A stretch of 64,000 nucleotides of DNA, taken from assembly GCA_034669905.1 (NCBI GenBank), contig JAXMOL010000008.1, positions 64,001-128,000 of the forward strand, in the 5' to 3' direction. Below are positions 1 through 9,028 of this stretch, piece by piece. This DNA comes from Candidatus Hydrogenedentota bacterium (GTDB lineage: Bacteria > Hydrogenedentota > Hydrogenedentia > Hydrogenedentales > JAEUWI01). A program made the position numbers and the translations under genes. The first letter of the stretch is position 1, and each line of letters begins with the position of its first letter. The notes under the pieces were generated by a model that was given only the letters and a program-made list of their open reading frames with translations, did not search any database and was not told the origin of the DNA.

Positions 1-11
1 AGAAGGCCGCG

Positions 12-392
12 TTGCTGGTCCTGGTAAAAGGTATTGTAGACACCAAGCCCTCACCGGAAGTTGAAGCCATGAAGACGGTCGCCGCCTACGTGAAGGCGGC
101 CGAAGACGGCGACATCGAGAAGTTGCTGGCGTGCTTTTCCGAAGAATTTGAACACTATGAACTGGGAGACAAAGCGGGATTGCGGGCCTTTATTGAGGGT
201 GTCGAAGCAGAAGGCATGCTGGAAGACATCACGGGCAACCTGGAAGATGCCGAAGCAGAAGTGGATGGGAACACGGTCACCGTCTATCCCGTTGAACTCG
301 AAGGCATCTTCGGCACGGTCACCTATGAATTCGAGTTGAAGGCCGAAGGGGGCGCCTGGAAAATCGTCGGTTTCGATATGACGGGCGTGTAA
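12..392 (+). CDS. NTF2/SnoaL-like domain protein (probably 5'-truncated by window edge)
   Basis: ORF near the window start with pattern TVAAYVKAAEDGDIEKLLACFSEEF...GAWKIVG typical of NTF2-like folds; followed by a terminator. Confidence 0.55.
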   Translation: MLVLVKGIVDTKPSPEVEAMKTVAAYVKAAEDGDIEKLLACFSEEFEHYELGDKAGLRAFIEGVEAEGMLEDITGNLEDAEAEVDGNTVTVYPVELEGIFGTVTYEFELKAEGGAWKIVGFDMTGV

Positions 393-416
393 GCCCTCAC
401 CACAACGTACAGCTGC

Positions 417-448
417 CTGGAGGAGCCTTTGGCTCCTCCAGTTTTTTT
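417..448 (+). terminator. Rho-independent terminator
   Basis: Perfect 11-bp stem CTGGAGGAGCC-ttt-GGCTCCTCCAG followed by T7. Confidence 0.9.
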
Positions 449-655
449 GTTTCCTGGACAACAACGGGGGATGCCTCTCTCGAAACTACAAGCGCCGATG
501 CGAAGAGGGGGTTGCCATGGGCTCTGACGAACTATGTCGCCAGCTATTCATGTACGGCAACCGCCCAAGGCACGGGCTTCCCACCTTCGCGGGGCAATTC
601 AGCTCTTGTCAATCGTGCTATGATAAGACGATTGAGTTGATTTCCGGGATCTCTG

Positions 656-2776
656 ATGACGATACACAAGAAAATCCTCCTCCTGCTGCTGCTCAGCGTC
701 AGTGTCTACACGGTGCTGGGCATCGTCTTCCAGCAATTCATCATTCTTCCGAGTTTCCATGCCCTGGAAACAGAAGAAGCCAGGAAAGATATCCAGCGGT
801 GCGTCGATGCCCTCCACCGGGAAGTGCATCATCTCGATCTCTTTTGCTTTGACTGGGCAGCCTGGGACGATACCTATCACTACATCGCGGAACCCACCGA
901 GGCCTACGAGCGATCCAACCTCAGCGCAGCCTCCTTTCTTGACAACAACGTCAATCTGATTTACCTGTTTGATCGCCGCGGTGACGTAGTGTGGGGCCAG
1001 TACTATGACCTCGAGGAGGAGGAGCCTGTGCCCTTTCCGGATTTTCCGGGGGAGGGCCTCGCGGCCAATCATCACCTTTTAAACCACAGCACGCGAGACG
1101 ACTACGTTCACGGCATCTACCGCTCCAGCCGAGGCCCCCTGCTGCTGGCATCACGGCCGATCCTGCCCAGTGAAGCGGCGGAGAACGAGGAAATCCGCGG
1201 CACTTTTATCATGGGACGTCTACTCAGTCCCGCCATCCTGGATGAAATCCGGCAGCAGACCCAGGTCGACCTGGAGGTCTATCCCATCGACGATGGCCGG
1301 GTTCCCGAAGCGATCCGCAGTCTCCCGGTGGAAACGGAAGAGATTCGGTACGCTTCCTCGGAAATGCTCAATGCCTTCGCCAATGTGCCGGATATCTCCG
1401 GGACGCCGACCCTGACGTTTATTACCACCGTATCACGGCGCATCATGGCCCGCGGAGAGGAAGCCATCCGTCTCCAGACGATGGCGGCCGGGGCCGCTGG
1501 CCTTGCCTTCGTGCTGTTGCTGGCCTTTTTTATGAAGGGCCTGATCTCCCACCCCCTGCAACAATTGAGCGAGCAGGTCCGCCGGGTGCGCCTGGACGAC
1601 ACGCCCGAGCCCCTGCCCACCCTGCGTCGTAACGATGAAATCGGACGGCTGGCCCGGGACTTCAACAACATGTTGCGTCGTTTGCGTCAGGAAGAGCGGG
1701 AACGGAGCAGCGCCCAACGGGCACTTGGCAACAGCCAGGCCCGACTCGAGACGATTCTCAAGACCGCCCCTGATGCCATCGTCGTCACCAATGCGGCGGG
1801 GGTGGTGGAGTCGGCCAATGATGCCGCCAGTCGCCTTTTGGGCTATCCTGCCGAGACCTTGATTGGTATGCGTGGACGGGACTTGCTCGCGGAAGAGGAG
1901 CAACGCTATTGGGTCAAGGCCGTGGCCACCTACGCAGACGCACCGGGCCCGACCCCCTTTACGGCCAACCGTGAATCGGCTATCCGCCGCCCCGACGGCA
2001 CGGTACACCCCGTTCACATCTGCGCGTCTTCCATGTACCTCGAGGGCGAATTGCATTTCACCTCTTCGGTCCGCGACATTTCGGAAATCCGCGCCATGCA
2101 GGAACGTGTAGCCCGCGCGCAACATCTGGCAAGTATCGGTGAAATGGGTGCCACTGTGGCCCATGAGATTCGCAACCCCCTGGCCGGCATGGGTGGCGCC
2201 ATCCACCTGCTTCAATCGGGCGAACTTTCGCCCCCCCTGCAGAAGGAAGCCCTCCAGGGCCTTTCGGAATCGGTCGCGCGCATTGCCCACACCGTGGACC
2301 AACTGTTGGGTTATGCGCGCCCCCTCACCCCCCGCAGCACCGTCTTCTTGCTCCGGCCCCTGCTGGAAGCCGTTTCCGAGCTCAGTCCAGGTGATAGTCC
2401 CCCGCCACAGGATGTGGATATCACATGCCCTGCTTCCCTGGGCGTGGATGCCGACCCCAATATGATCCGGCAGGTCTTCGAAAACATCTGGCAGAATGCC
2501 CAACAGGCGGCAGGCCCCAGTGGCTCCTACCGGTGGTCCGTAACGTCACGGGCGGGCACGGTCGAGATTTCCTTGATGGACAATGGCTGTGGCCTGGATG
2601 GGGCCACCGAAGCGCGCCTTTTCGAGCCTTTCTTTACGACGCGGGTCGACGGCACGGGACTGGGTCTGTCGGTATCTCTTCGAATTCTGGAGGCCCACCA
2701 TGGTAGCATTCGATTAGAAAACCGCCCGGCTGGCGGCGTAGCGGTGACGATAACGTTACCTGAAGGAGGTATATAG
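656..2776 (+). CDS. Membrane sensor histidine kinase, CHASE4-HAMP-PAS-HisKA-HATPase
   Basis: N-terminal TM; CHASE4 motif DWAAWDDTY; second TM; HAMP (DEIGRLARDFNNM); PAS; H-box AHEIRNPL; DNGCG, FEPFFTT, GTGLGL boxes. Confidence 0.92.
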   Translation: MTIHKKILLLLLLSVSVYTVLGIVFQQFIILPSFHALETEEARKDIQRCVDALHREVHHLDLFCFDWAAWDDTYHYIAEPTEAYERSNLSAASFLDNNVNLIYLFDRRGDVVWGQYYDLEEEEPVPFPDFPGEGLAANHHLLNHSTRDDYVHGIYRSSRGPLLLASRPILPSEAAENEEIRGTFIMGRLLSPAILDEIRQQTQVDLEVYPIDDGRVPEAIRSLPVETEEIRYASSEMLNAFANVPDISGTPTLTFITTVSRRIMARGEEAIRLQTMAAGAAGLAFVLLLAFFMKGLISHPLQQLSEQVRRVRLDDTPEPLPTLRRNDEIGRLARDFNNMLRRLRQEERERSSAQRALGNSQARLETILKTAPDAIVVTNAAGVVESANDAASRLLGYPAETLIGMRGRDLLAEEEQRYWVKAVATYADAPGPTPFTANRESAIRRPDGTVHPVHICASSMYLEGELHFTSSVRDISEIRAMQERVARAQHLASIGEMGATVAHEIRNPLAGMGGAIHLLQSGELSPPLQKEALQGLSESVARIAHTVDQLLGYARPLTPRSTVFLLRPLLEAVSELSPGDSPPPQDVDITCPASLGVDADPNMIRQVFENIWQNAQQAAGPSGSYRWSVTSRAGTVEISLMDNGCGLDGATEARLFEPFFTTRVDGTGLGLSVSLRILEAHHGSIRLENRPAGGVAVTITLPEGGI

Positions 2777-4155
2777 TGTCTGGATCCGTCTTAATCGTTG
2801 ACGATGAAAGAATGATACGCTGGTCCTTGCGACAACGATTGGAGCAAGATGGTTTTCAGGTAACCGATGCCGAAAATGGCCAGTCAGCCCGAGAACATTT
2901 TCAGCAGGACAGCTTTGAAGTGGCGCTTTTTGACATGCGCCTTCCCGATACGGACGGCATGTCCCTGCTCAAAGAATTTCATGATGAACAGCCAGACACG
3001 CCGGTCATTATCATCACAGGCTATTCCAGTCTGGAAGGGGCCGTGGATGCCATGAAGGGGGGCGCGGCCGACTACCTTTCCAAACCCTTCGATTTAGACG
3101 AGCTGAGTATCACCGTGCAGCGTGTCCATGAAAGCAGTGTCATGCGCCGGGATATCAAAACGGAACTGAGCCAGAAACGCTCTCAGTTTGGCCTGGACAA
3201 TATTATCGGGAACAGCCCGGAAATACAGGAGGTGAAGCAGCTCATTCGCAAGATTGCGGGGGGGCAAAGCACGACGACCCTCTTGCTCGGTGAAAGCGGC
3301 ACGGGTAAGGATCTGGTCGCCCGGGCGTTGCACTACGAATCCACCCGGGGCGCCCACCCCTTTATGAATATTACCTGCACGGCGTTGCCCGAATCCTTAC
3401 TGGAATCGGAGCTCTTTGGCTATGAAGCCGGCGCCTTTACCAACGCCATGGGTCGTAAAAAAGGGTTGATAGAACTCGCCAATCGCGGCACGGTTTTTAT
3501 GGATGAGATCGGCGATATGACCCCGGCCCTGCAGGCCAAATTATTGCGCGTGCTCGAGGAAAAGTGCTTTAAGCGCATCGGTGGGGTGACGGATATTCAT
3601 GTGGACTTGCGCCTCGTCGCCGCGACCAACCGAAACCTGGAGCAAATGGTCCGCGAAGGCACCTTTCGGGAAGACCTCTACTATCGGCTGAACGTGATCC
3701 CGGTGCAGATGCCGCCCTTACGAAAGCGCACGGGCGACGTCCCCATTCTGGCCCAGTACTTCCTCAATCTCTTTAACCACGAGTTCCGAAAGAATCTGGA
3801 AGGGATTACTTCCGGTGCCCTCGATCGCTTGAACGACTACGCCTGGCCGGGCAATGTCCGTGAATTGCGCAATGTCATCGAACGGGCTGTCTTACTCAAT
3901 GACGGCGATGTCGTGAAGCGAGACGACATCGTACTCGGCCGGACGCTGCTGAATGTGCCCCGGGAAAGCCAGGGGGAATTGGTCATCCTGCCTCCCGAAG
4001 GCTGCGATCTCGCCGAAGCGGAAAAGAGTCTGCTGCGACAGGCCCTGGCCCGCACCAAGGGCAATCAAACCCACGCCGGTGCCATGTTGGGAATCTCTCG
4101 TGATCAGGTGCGCTACAAAATGGAGAAACACGGACTTCGTTCCAGCTCCTCATGA
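2776..4155 (+). CDS. Sigma54-dependent NtrC/AtoC-family response regulator
   Basis: Receiver domain (LIVDDE, FDMRLP), Walker A GESGTGKD, GAFTNA loop, WPGNVREL, C-terminal Fis HTH; GTG start overlaps kinase stop. Confidence 0.95.
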   Translation: MSGSVLIVDDERMIRWSLRQRLEQDGFQVTDAENGQSAREHFQQDSFEVALFDMRLPDTDGMSLLKEFHDEQPDTPVIIITGYSSLEGAVDAMKGGAADYLSKPFDLDELSITVQRVHESSVMRRDIKTELSQKRSQFGLDNIIGNSPEIQEVKQLIRKIAGGQSTTTLLLGESGTGKDLVARALHYESTRGAHPFMNITCTALPESLLESELFGYEAGAFTNAMGRKKGLIELANRGTVFMDEIGDMTPALQAKLLRVLEEKCFKRIGGVTDIHVDLRLVAATNRNLEQMVREGTFREDLYYRLNVIPVQMPPLRKRTGDVPILAQYFLNLFNHEFRKNLEGITSGALDRLNDYAWPGNVRELRNVIERAVLLNDGDVVKRDDIVLGRTLLNVPRESQGELVILPPEGCDLAEAEKSLLRQALARTKGNQTHAGAMLGISRDQVRYKMEKHGLRSSSS

Positions 4156-4323
4156 GGGTCCGTACTGGAACATTCCGGCTTTCATGGTGGTGGAAATGAC
4201 CCATCAACAGCTAGTAACTGTGTCATATACCCCACTTCTCCACACCATCATCTGGTGCCCTATCCCGCGCAACCCCCTACGCTTTATAGCACTTACACAG
4301 CTTTTCGCCTGAGATTTGTCTTC

Positions 4324-4339
4324 CGGCATGGATTATGCG
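4324..4339 (+). promoter_or_regulatory. Sigma54 (-24/-12) promoter for pilin cassette 1
   Basis: CGGCATGGATTATGCG = GG-N10-GC, about 47 bp upstream of ATG 4386 and directly downstream of a sigma54 activator gene. Confidence 0.65.
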
Positions 4340-4385
4340 TCGATCTTCCGGTTCCACGTCTTAGTCATATGAAGGGAGATGTACC

Positions 4386-4826
4386 ATGCCACGTATTTGT
4401 AATTCCCAATCAGGGATGAGTCTTTTGGAAGTCACCTTTGCTGCGGGCATTATGGCGACGGCCCTGTCCCTCCTCTTCGGCTCGCTTATCAGCATCAGCC
4501 TGATAGGTCGCCTGAATGAAGACAAATCGGTCGCCCATACCGAACTGGCCAGCACGATGGAGCAGCTCCGCAGTCTCGATTTTGCGGACCTGATGACCTT
4601 TACCCCGCAGACGCCCACGACCCCCGGGACCGAGCAGACCCTGAGCCTCGAAGCGTACCTTGCGGATGGCACCGTCCTGGCCTTGCCACTTACCCCCGAT
4701 CAGACGGGTGAGGTCACCGTGCCCCCGAACCTTCCCAACCCCCTGGAGGTGCGGGCCACGTTGCTCTGGCGCAATGATAAGGGCCACATTTTTCAGGCCC
4801 ATGCCACCACCTCGGTAGGGCGCTGA
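4386..4826 (+). CDS. Type IV minor pilin/pseudopilin, PilV/GspI-like (cassette 1)
   Basis: Class III signal SQSG|MSLLEVTFAAGI with Glu+5 and a hydrophobic helix. Confidence 0.8.
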   Translation: MPRICNSQSGMSLLEVTFAAGIMATALSLLFGSLISISLIGRLNEDKSVAHTELASTMEQLRSLDFADLMTFTPQTPTTPGTEQTLSLEAYLADGTVLALPLTPDQTGEVTVPPNLPNPLEVRATLLWRNDKGHIFQAHATTSVGR

Positions 4827-4827
4827 C

Positions 4828-5442
4828 ATGACGGGGCGCAACAAAAAGTCGCAACGTGGTGTAACGCTCCTTGAACTGATGATGGCGATGAGTATTTTGA
4901 CGGTCGTGATGGGCGTGCTCTTCACCCTCTCTATCAGCATTGGCGACACGGCGAAACTGCAGGATGTGAAGGTGGTGAACAACGATGAGGCCCGCCGCGC
5001 CTTGCAGGCCGTGGTGCCCCGCCTTCGCCATGCGCAATTTTCATCGGTAAACACGGCCGAAATGCCGGGCGACGTGCTGCGCTTTCAAATGCCCGCCGAT
5101 CTGGATGGAAACGGGACGGCCGTGAATATCAGCGGTGATCTGGAGTTGGGCGATCCCGTCACCATCCAACGGGATGTGAATGACGCCAACGAAGACGGGG
5201 TGACCGACACCCAACTCGTCATGATTTCCGGTAATACGGTTACCGTATTGGCGAATCAACTCTCCCCCGACCCAGGACCGGAACCGGTCGAGGTTGGTGA
5301 AATTGCCCCCGAGAACAACGCCGGCTTCTGGGTGGAAGAACAAAATGGTGGCATCCTTCTGACCATACGGACCCAGGGTGAATCCCGGCGCGGCACCCTG
5401 ATCCGTCAACAGTTCACCGAGCTGGTGGATCCGAGGAACTAG
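4828..5442 (+). CDS. Type IV minor pilin/pseudopilin, PilW/GspJ-like (cassette 1)
   Basis: SQRG|VTLLELMMAM prepilin motif; DLDGNG and DANEDG Ca-loop-like motifs. Confidence 0.8.
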   Translation: MTGRNKKSQRGVTLLELMMAMSILTVVMGVLFTLSISIGDTAKLQDVKVVNNDEARRALQAVVPRLRHAQFSSVNTAEMPGDVLRFQMPADLDGNGTAVNISGDLELGDPVTIQRDVNDANEDGVTDTQLVMISGNTVTVLANQLSPDPGPEPVEVGEIAPENNAGFWVEEQNGGILLTIRTQGESRRGTLIRQQFTELVDPRN

Positions 5443-5444
5443 CT

Positions 5445-7163
5445 ATGCCAACGTATCAACGAAAAAAGAACGAGGGCATGGCCCTCATGATGGCGGTATT
5501 CTTTATTGGAGTCGCCGTGGTTATTGTCGGAAGCCTGTTGGGCCGTATGCTCCAGCAGCGCAAGGTAGTCGATCATTATGAAGACTACAAGAACGCCTTT
5601 CACGGCCTGGAAGGGGCCATCAGCAGCAGCAAGGTGGAGCTGGAGCAGGGCGACGACGGCATCATCGGCATGGAAGGTTGGGAGCCCCAGTGGAGCGACG
5701 AAAACGTACTCCTCCTGCCGGATTTGGACGCCGATGGCGTTTCCCCCCAACACCTCCGCACCATGGAAGACGTGGAGTTTGCCACCTATACGGTCGACTG
5801 GGCAAATGACGGGCGGGACAGCAATGGGGACGGTATTGTCGACAGCACAGCGGAGAACTGGATGTACAGCGTGTACGCCATGGCCCGTGACGGTGCGACT
5901 ACGCGTCGGGTGGAAGTGATTTACGAGGGCAGCAATGTCAACGTTTGGGAAAACGCCATCTTTGCCGGGTCGGGTCAGGCGGGCGGTCTAATCAATGGTA
6001 ATGTCAGCATCCATGGCTCGGTGCACCTGCTGGGCGACAGCCTGGTGGTGGGTGCCTTAGCCCTGGCCGCCATCGATCTGAGCGGTACGAGCCTGATCCA
6101 CAACAACTACGTCGGCATTCCCGCCAACCTGGAGGTGCGCGTCCCCCCCCTCCCCCAGACCGTATTTGAGGGCGAAACGGTCTCTACCCTGGAAGCAAAG
6201 TTGCGCGCGAAAGCAGGCCTGGTCGGCATGTCGGGCAATTCGGAGATTGGTGAAGCCAACATCCTGGGTAACAGCTACAAGGAAACAATGGATGGCCTTT
6301 TCGTCACCAATGGCTGGACAGGAAACTCGGTGATTGATGATGGAGACCGGGGCGATCCCACTTCGGCCTTCAGTGACAATGGCTGGGATGAGACCTATGA
6401 TCTGGGTGATAAGGTCCCCTTCCCCGTATTAGCCGATGATTGGCGCAATCCGACCAACGGGGCCAAGGTGCAGGACCCGGCCACGGGCACGTGGTATACC
6501 CACGAAGATTATTTTAACCAGGTCTTGCTGGCCGATCCAGACAATCCTGGTGATGGTGCCTACAACGGGGATATCACCATCAACGCGCGGGGTTCCCACT
6601 ACTATTGGAATGCCACTACGGGCGAGGAACTGTCGGGCTCCCTGCCCGCGACGGCGCCCGCGCCGACGGATGACTACATCCTCTTTAACGAATCCACGGA
6701 TGTGCTCGAAATCAACGGCCAGATACGTATCAACGGGAATCTGATCTTTAAGGGTCAGGGAAACCAGAAGACGATCAATTACTCGGGCAGGGCCGCGTTT
6801 CTTGTTTACGGAGATGTGTCGATCGACACCAGCCTCATCTCCTGTAATAATGGAGATCCGAACGATATTGCCGACAGCTTCCCGGTGGACAATATTATCG
6901 GGATTATGGCCTCCGAAGATATGATCGTCGGTTCGACGTCGCAGTTGGATATCATGGGTGCCTTTTACGCCCAGAACAAGATCCAGTCTTCCAAGCAGAC
7001 CAACGTGATGGGAACCTTTGTCTCCAACTATTTTGACATGGGTACCAACGTGCCCAATATCTATCAGGTCCCCGCGCTGGCCGACAATTTGCCCCTGGGA
7101 ATGATTGGTAATTATCCGATACTGGCAATCTCACAGGTTGCCTGGAGGGAATTGGGTTTATGA
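5445..7163 (+). CDS. Large PilX/GspK-like tip pilin with probable beta-solenoid domain (cassette 1)
   Basis: KNEG|MALMMAVFF lacks Glu+5, the PilX/GspK hallmark; DSNGDG motif; repeated short beta-coil segments (INGNVSIHG, INGQIRINGNL, VYGDVSID, IMGAFYA, VMGTFVS). Confidence 0.75.
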   Translation: MPTYQRKKNEGMALMMAVFFIGVAVVIVGSLLGRMLQQRKVVDHYEDYKNAFHGLEGAISSSKVELEQGDDGIIGMEGWEPQWSDENVLLLPDLDADGVSPQHLRTMEDVEFATYTVDWANDGRDSNGDGIVDSTAENWMYSVYAMARDGATTRRVEVIYEGSNVNVWENAIFAGSGQAGGLINGNVSIHGSVHLLGDSLVVGALALAAIDLSGTSLIHNNYVGIPANLEVRVPPLPQTVFEGETVSTLEAKLRAKAGLVGMSGNSEIGEANILGNSYKETMDGLFVTNGWTGNSVIDDGDRGDPTSAFSDNGWDETYDLGDKVPFPVLADDWRNPTNGAKVQDPATGTWYTHEDYFNQVLLADPDNPGDGAYNGDITINARGSHYYWNATTGEELSGSLPATAPAPTDDYILFNESTDVLEINGQIRINGNLIFKGQGNQKTINYSGRAAFLVYGDVSIDTSLISCNNGDPNDIADSFPVDNIIGIMASEDMIVGSTSQLDIMGAFYAQNKIQSSKQTNVMGTFVSNYFDMGTNVPNIYQVPALADNLPLGMIGNYPILAISQVAWRELGL

Positions 7164-7726
7164 GCCAGGATGAAGAAAGCAATCTGAGCTGGATAATTCG
7201 TCATTGGTATATCTGGCTGGTGTTGCTGGCGGTGGGGGTGGCCATCGGCATTGGGCAGAGCGCGGGTCCCACGCCCGATGGGGTCGGGGTGCCGTCGCCG
7301 GAGAACCTGCGCCAGGATGAACTGCAGGCCAAATTCGACGTCGCGCTGGCCAAGAAGAACGAAACCGAGCCCACGCCCCTTGTAGCGTCCACAGACGAGG
7401 TGATAGATGCCCACCAGGAGCGACTGGATGAACTGGAAGTCAATCCCAACCCCGATGAATCCGCTGCGCTCTTAAACGCGCTGGGGAACCTGCACAAGCA
7501 AAAGAAACAGGACCATGCTACGGCGGCCCGCTATTTTGAGCAGGTCATTGAGCAGTATCCCGATTGGCCGGGCATCAACGCCACCTACCATCAGCTGATT
7601 GCCTGCTACACCCAGTTGGAAGACCAGGAGAGTCTTCGGATTCTGTATCGGAAGATGGTGGCCCATTTCCCGCCGGAGAGCAACGAGTACGAATATGCGC
7701 AGGCCGCCCTGGCTGGCGATATATAG
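7160..7726 (+). CDS. Membrane-anchored TPR protein (cassette 1)
   Basis: N-terminal TM segment; TPR pattern LNALGNLH...AARYFEQVIEQYP; ATGA coupling to upstream gene. Confidence 0.75.
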   Translation: MSQDEESNLSWIIRHWYIWLVLLAVGVAIGIGQSAGPTPDGVGVPSPENLRQDELQAKFDVALAKKNETEPTPLVASTDEVIDAHQERLDELEVNPNPDESAALLNALGNLHKQKKQDHATAARYFEQVIEQYPDWPGINATYHQLIACYTQLEDQESLRILYRKMVAHFPPESNEYEYAQAALAGDI

Positions 7727-7975
7727 CCCGTTTTTTTAGTGCTATAGTAGCCGGTATACGGACTTCCACATTCCCGGGGAGGGCCATCGGAAGCGGGAAC
7801 AAAGCCGCCTAACCGATTTATTTACGGCAGGTTACAGCATATCCAACACCACAAACCTGGCCCGCGCAGTAAATTCTTTCCCAAACCAAGAATAATGTCT
7901 TCCCGACGATTGTTTCGTATTTCATGGTAGGATGCATCTAGGCAACCGTGAGTAATACTGACAGGATTTAGACGG

Positions 7976-8413
7976 ATGAAGTGTGTCGTAAAACCAAATT
8001 CGGGCATGAGCCTGCTGGAACTGACCTTCGCATCGGGTATCCTGGCGATGGCGTTGTCCCTGCTGTTTGGCTCCCTGATTTCGATTACCCTGGTGGCCCG
8101 GATCAATGAGGATATGGCCGTCGCGAACATCGAGCTGGCCAATGTGCTGGAAGGGGTCCGAAGCATGACCCTGGATGAATTGCGCGACTATGAGGCCCCT
8201 CCCCTGGAAAAGCCGGGTACCAAGCAGGCGGTTTCGTTGGTGTTTTATGATGAGTTTGGGGAGCAGGTGGCGCTGCCGCTGTCGGACGACGATGCGGACA
8301 AATTCGAATCGCCGGACTTGCCCAATCCCCTGGAGCTGGAAGCGACGTTGTTGTGGAGCAATCAGAAGGGCCACATGTTCCGGGCGAGTGCGACCACGCT
8401 GGTGGGGCACTGA
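7976..8413 (+). CDS. PilV/GspI-like minor pilin (cassette 2), paralog of 4386-4826
   Basis: PNSG|MSLLELTFASGI; shares ALSLLFGSLISI, LPNPLE, ATLLW.N.KGH with copy 1. Confidence 0.8.
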   Translation: MKCVVKPNSGMSLLELTFASGILAMALSLLFGSLISITLVARINEDMAVANIELANVLEGVRSMTLDELRDYEAPPLEKPGTKQAVSLVFYDEFGEQVALPLSDDDADKFESPDLPNPLELEATLLWSNQKGHMFRASATTLVGH

Positions 8414-8414
8414 T

Positions 8415-9026
8415 ATGGGGGGCAAGACGACGAACCGGGGCACGACCCTCTTAGAACTGATGTTTGCGGTGGCCATCATGACGATCGTGATGGGCACCTT
8501 GTTTACCCTTTCCCTCAGTATTGGCGATACGGCGCAGCTGCAGGATGTGAAGATCACCAATATCGATGAAGGCCGGCGCGCCCTCCTGGGGATTGTTCCC
8601 CGGGTGCGGCAGGCCCATCGGGCCAGTGTGAACTTTGAAGATATGCCCAGCGACGTCTTGCGCTTTCGGATGCCGGAAGACATTGACGACAACGGGCTGG
8701 CGATTGATCGCTTTAATTCGCTGGAGCTGGGCGACGAGATTACGATTCGTCGCGACAAGGATGATTTGAACAAGGACGGGGTGGCCAATTCGCAACTGAT
8801 CATGATTCAGGGCGAAACCATTACGGTGCTGGCCAACGCGTTGTCGCCCGATGAAGGCCCCGACCCGGAGCGGGAGGAAGACGCGGAACCCCGGGAGAAT
8901 ACAGCGGGCTTCTGGGTAGAAGAGGTATCTGGACGCCTGACGATTACGGTACGTACGGAAGGCACAACCCGACGAGGACAGGAAATAGGGCAGCAATTTA
9001 CGCAAATCGTGGAACCGAGGAACTGA
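8415..9026 (+). CDS. PilW/GspJ-like minor pilin (cassette 2), paralog of 4828-5442
   Basis: Start reassigned to ATG 8415 (MGGKTTNRG|TTLLELMFAV); shares SIGDTA.LQDVK, AGFWVEE, QQFT..V.PRN. Confidence 0.8.
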   Translation: MGGKTTNRGTTLLELMFAVAIMTIVMGTLFTLSLSIGDTAQLQDVKITNIDEGRRALLGIVPRVRQAHRASVNFEDMPSDVLRFRMPEDIDDNGLAIDRFNSLELGDEITIRRDKDDLNKDGVANSQLIMIQGETITVLANALSPDEGPDPEREEDAEPRENTAGFWVEEVSGRLTITVRTEGTTRRGQEIGQQFTQIVEPRN

Positions 9027-9028
9027 AT

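Noticed and set aside
4188..4235. Paired enhancer sites upstream of the cassette 1 promoter
   Set aside because: Two weakly symmetric CCCA-ending motifs about 31 bp apart are suggestive but too degenerate to call
7727..7975. Sigma54 promoter for pilin cassette 2
   Set aside because: The best candidate, GGCAGGTTACAGC, has 9-nt rather than 10-nt spacing
8175..8414. Longer start for the second PilW-like gene
   Set aside because: It overlaps the upstream pilin; the paralog and prepilin motif place the start at 8415
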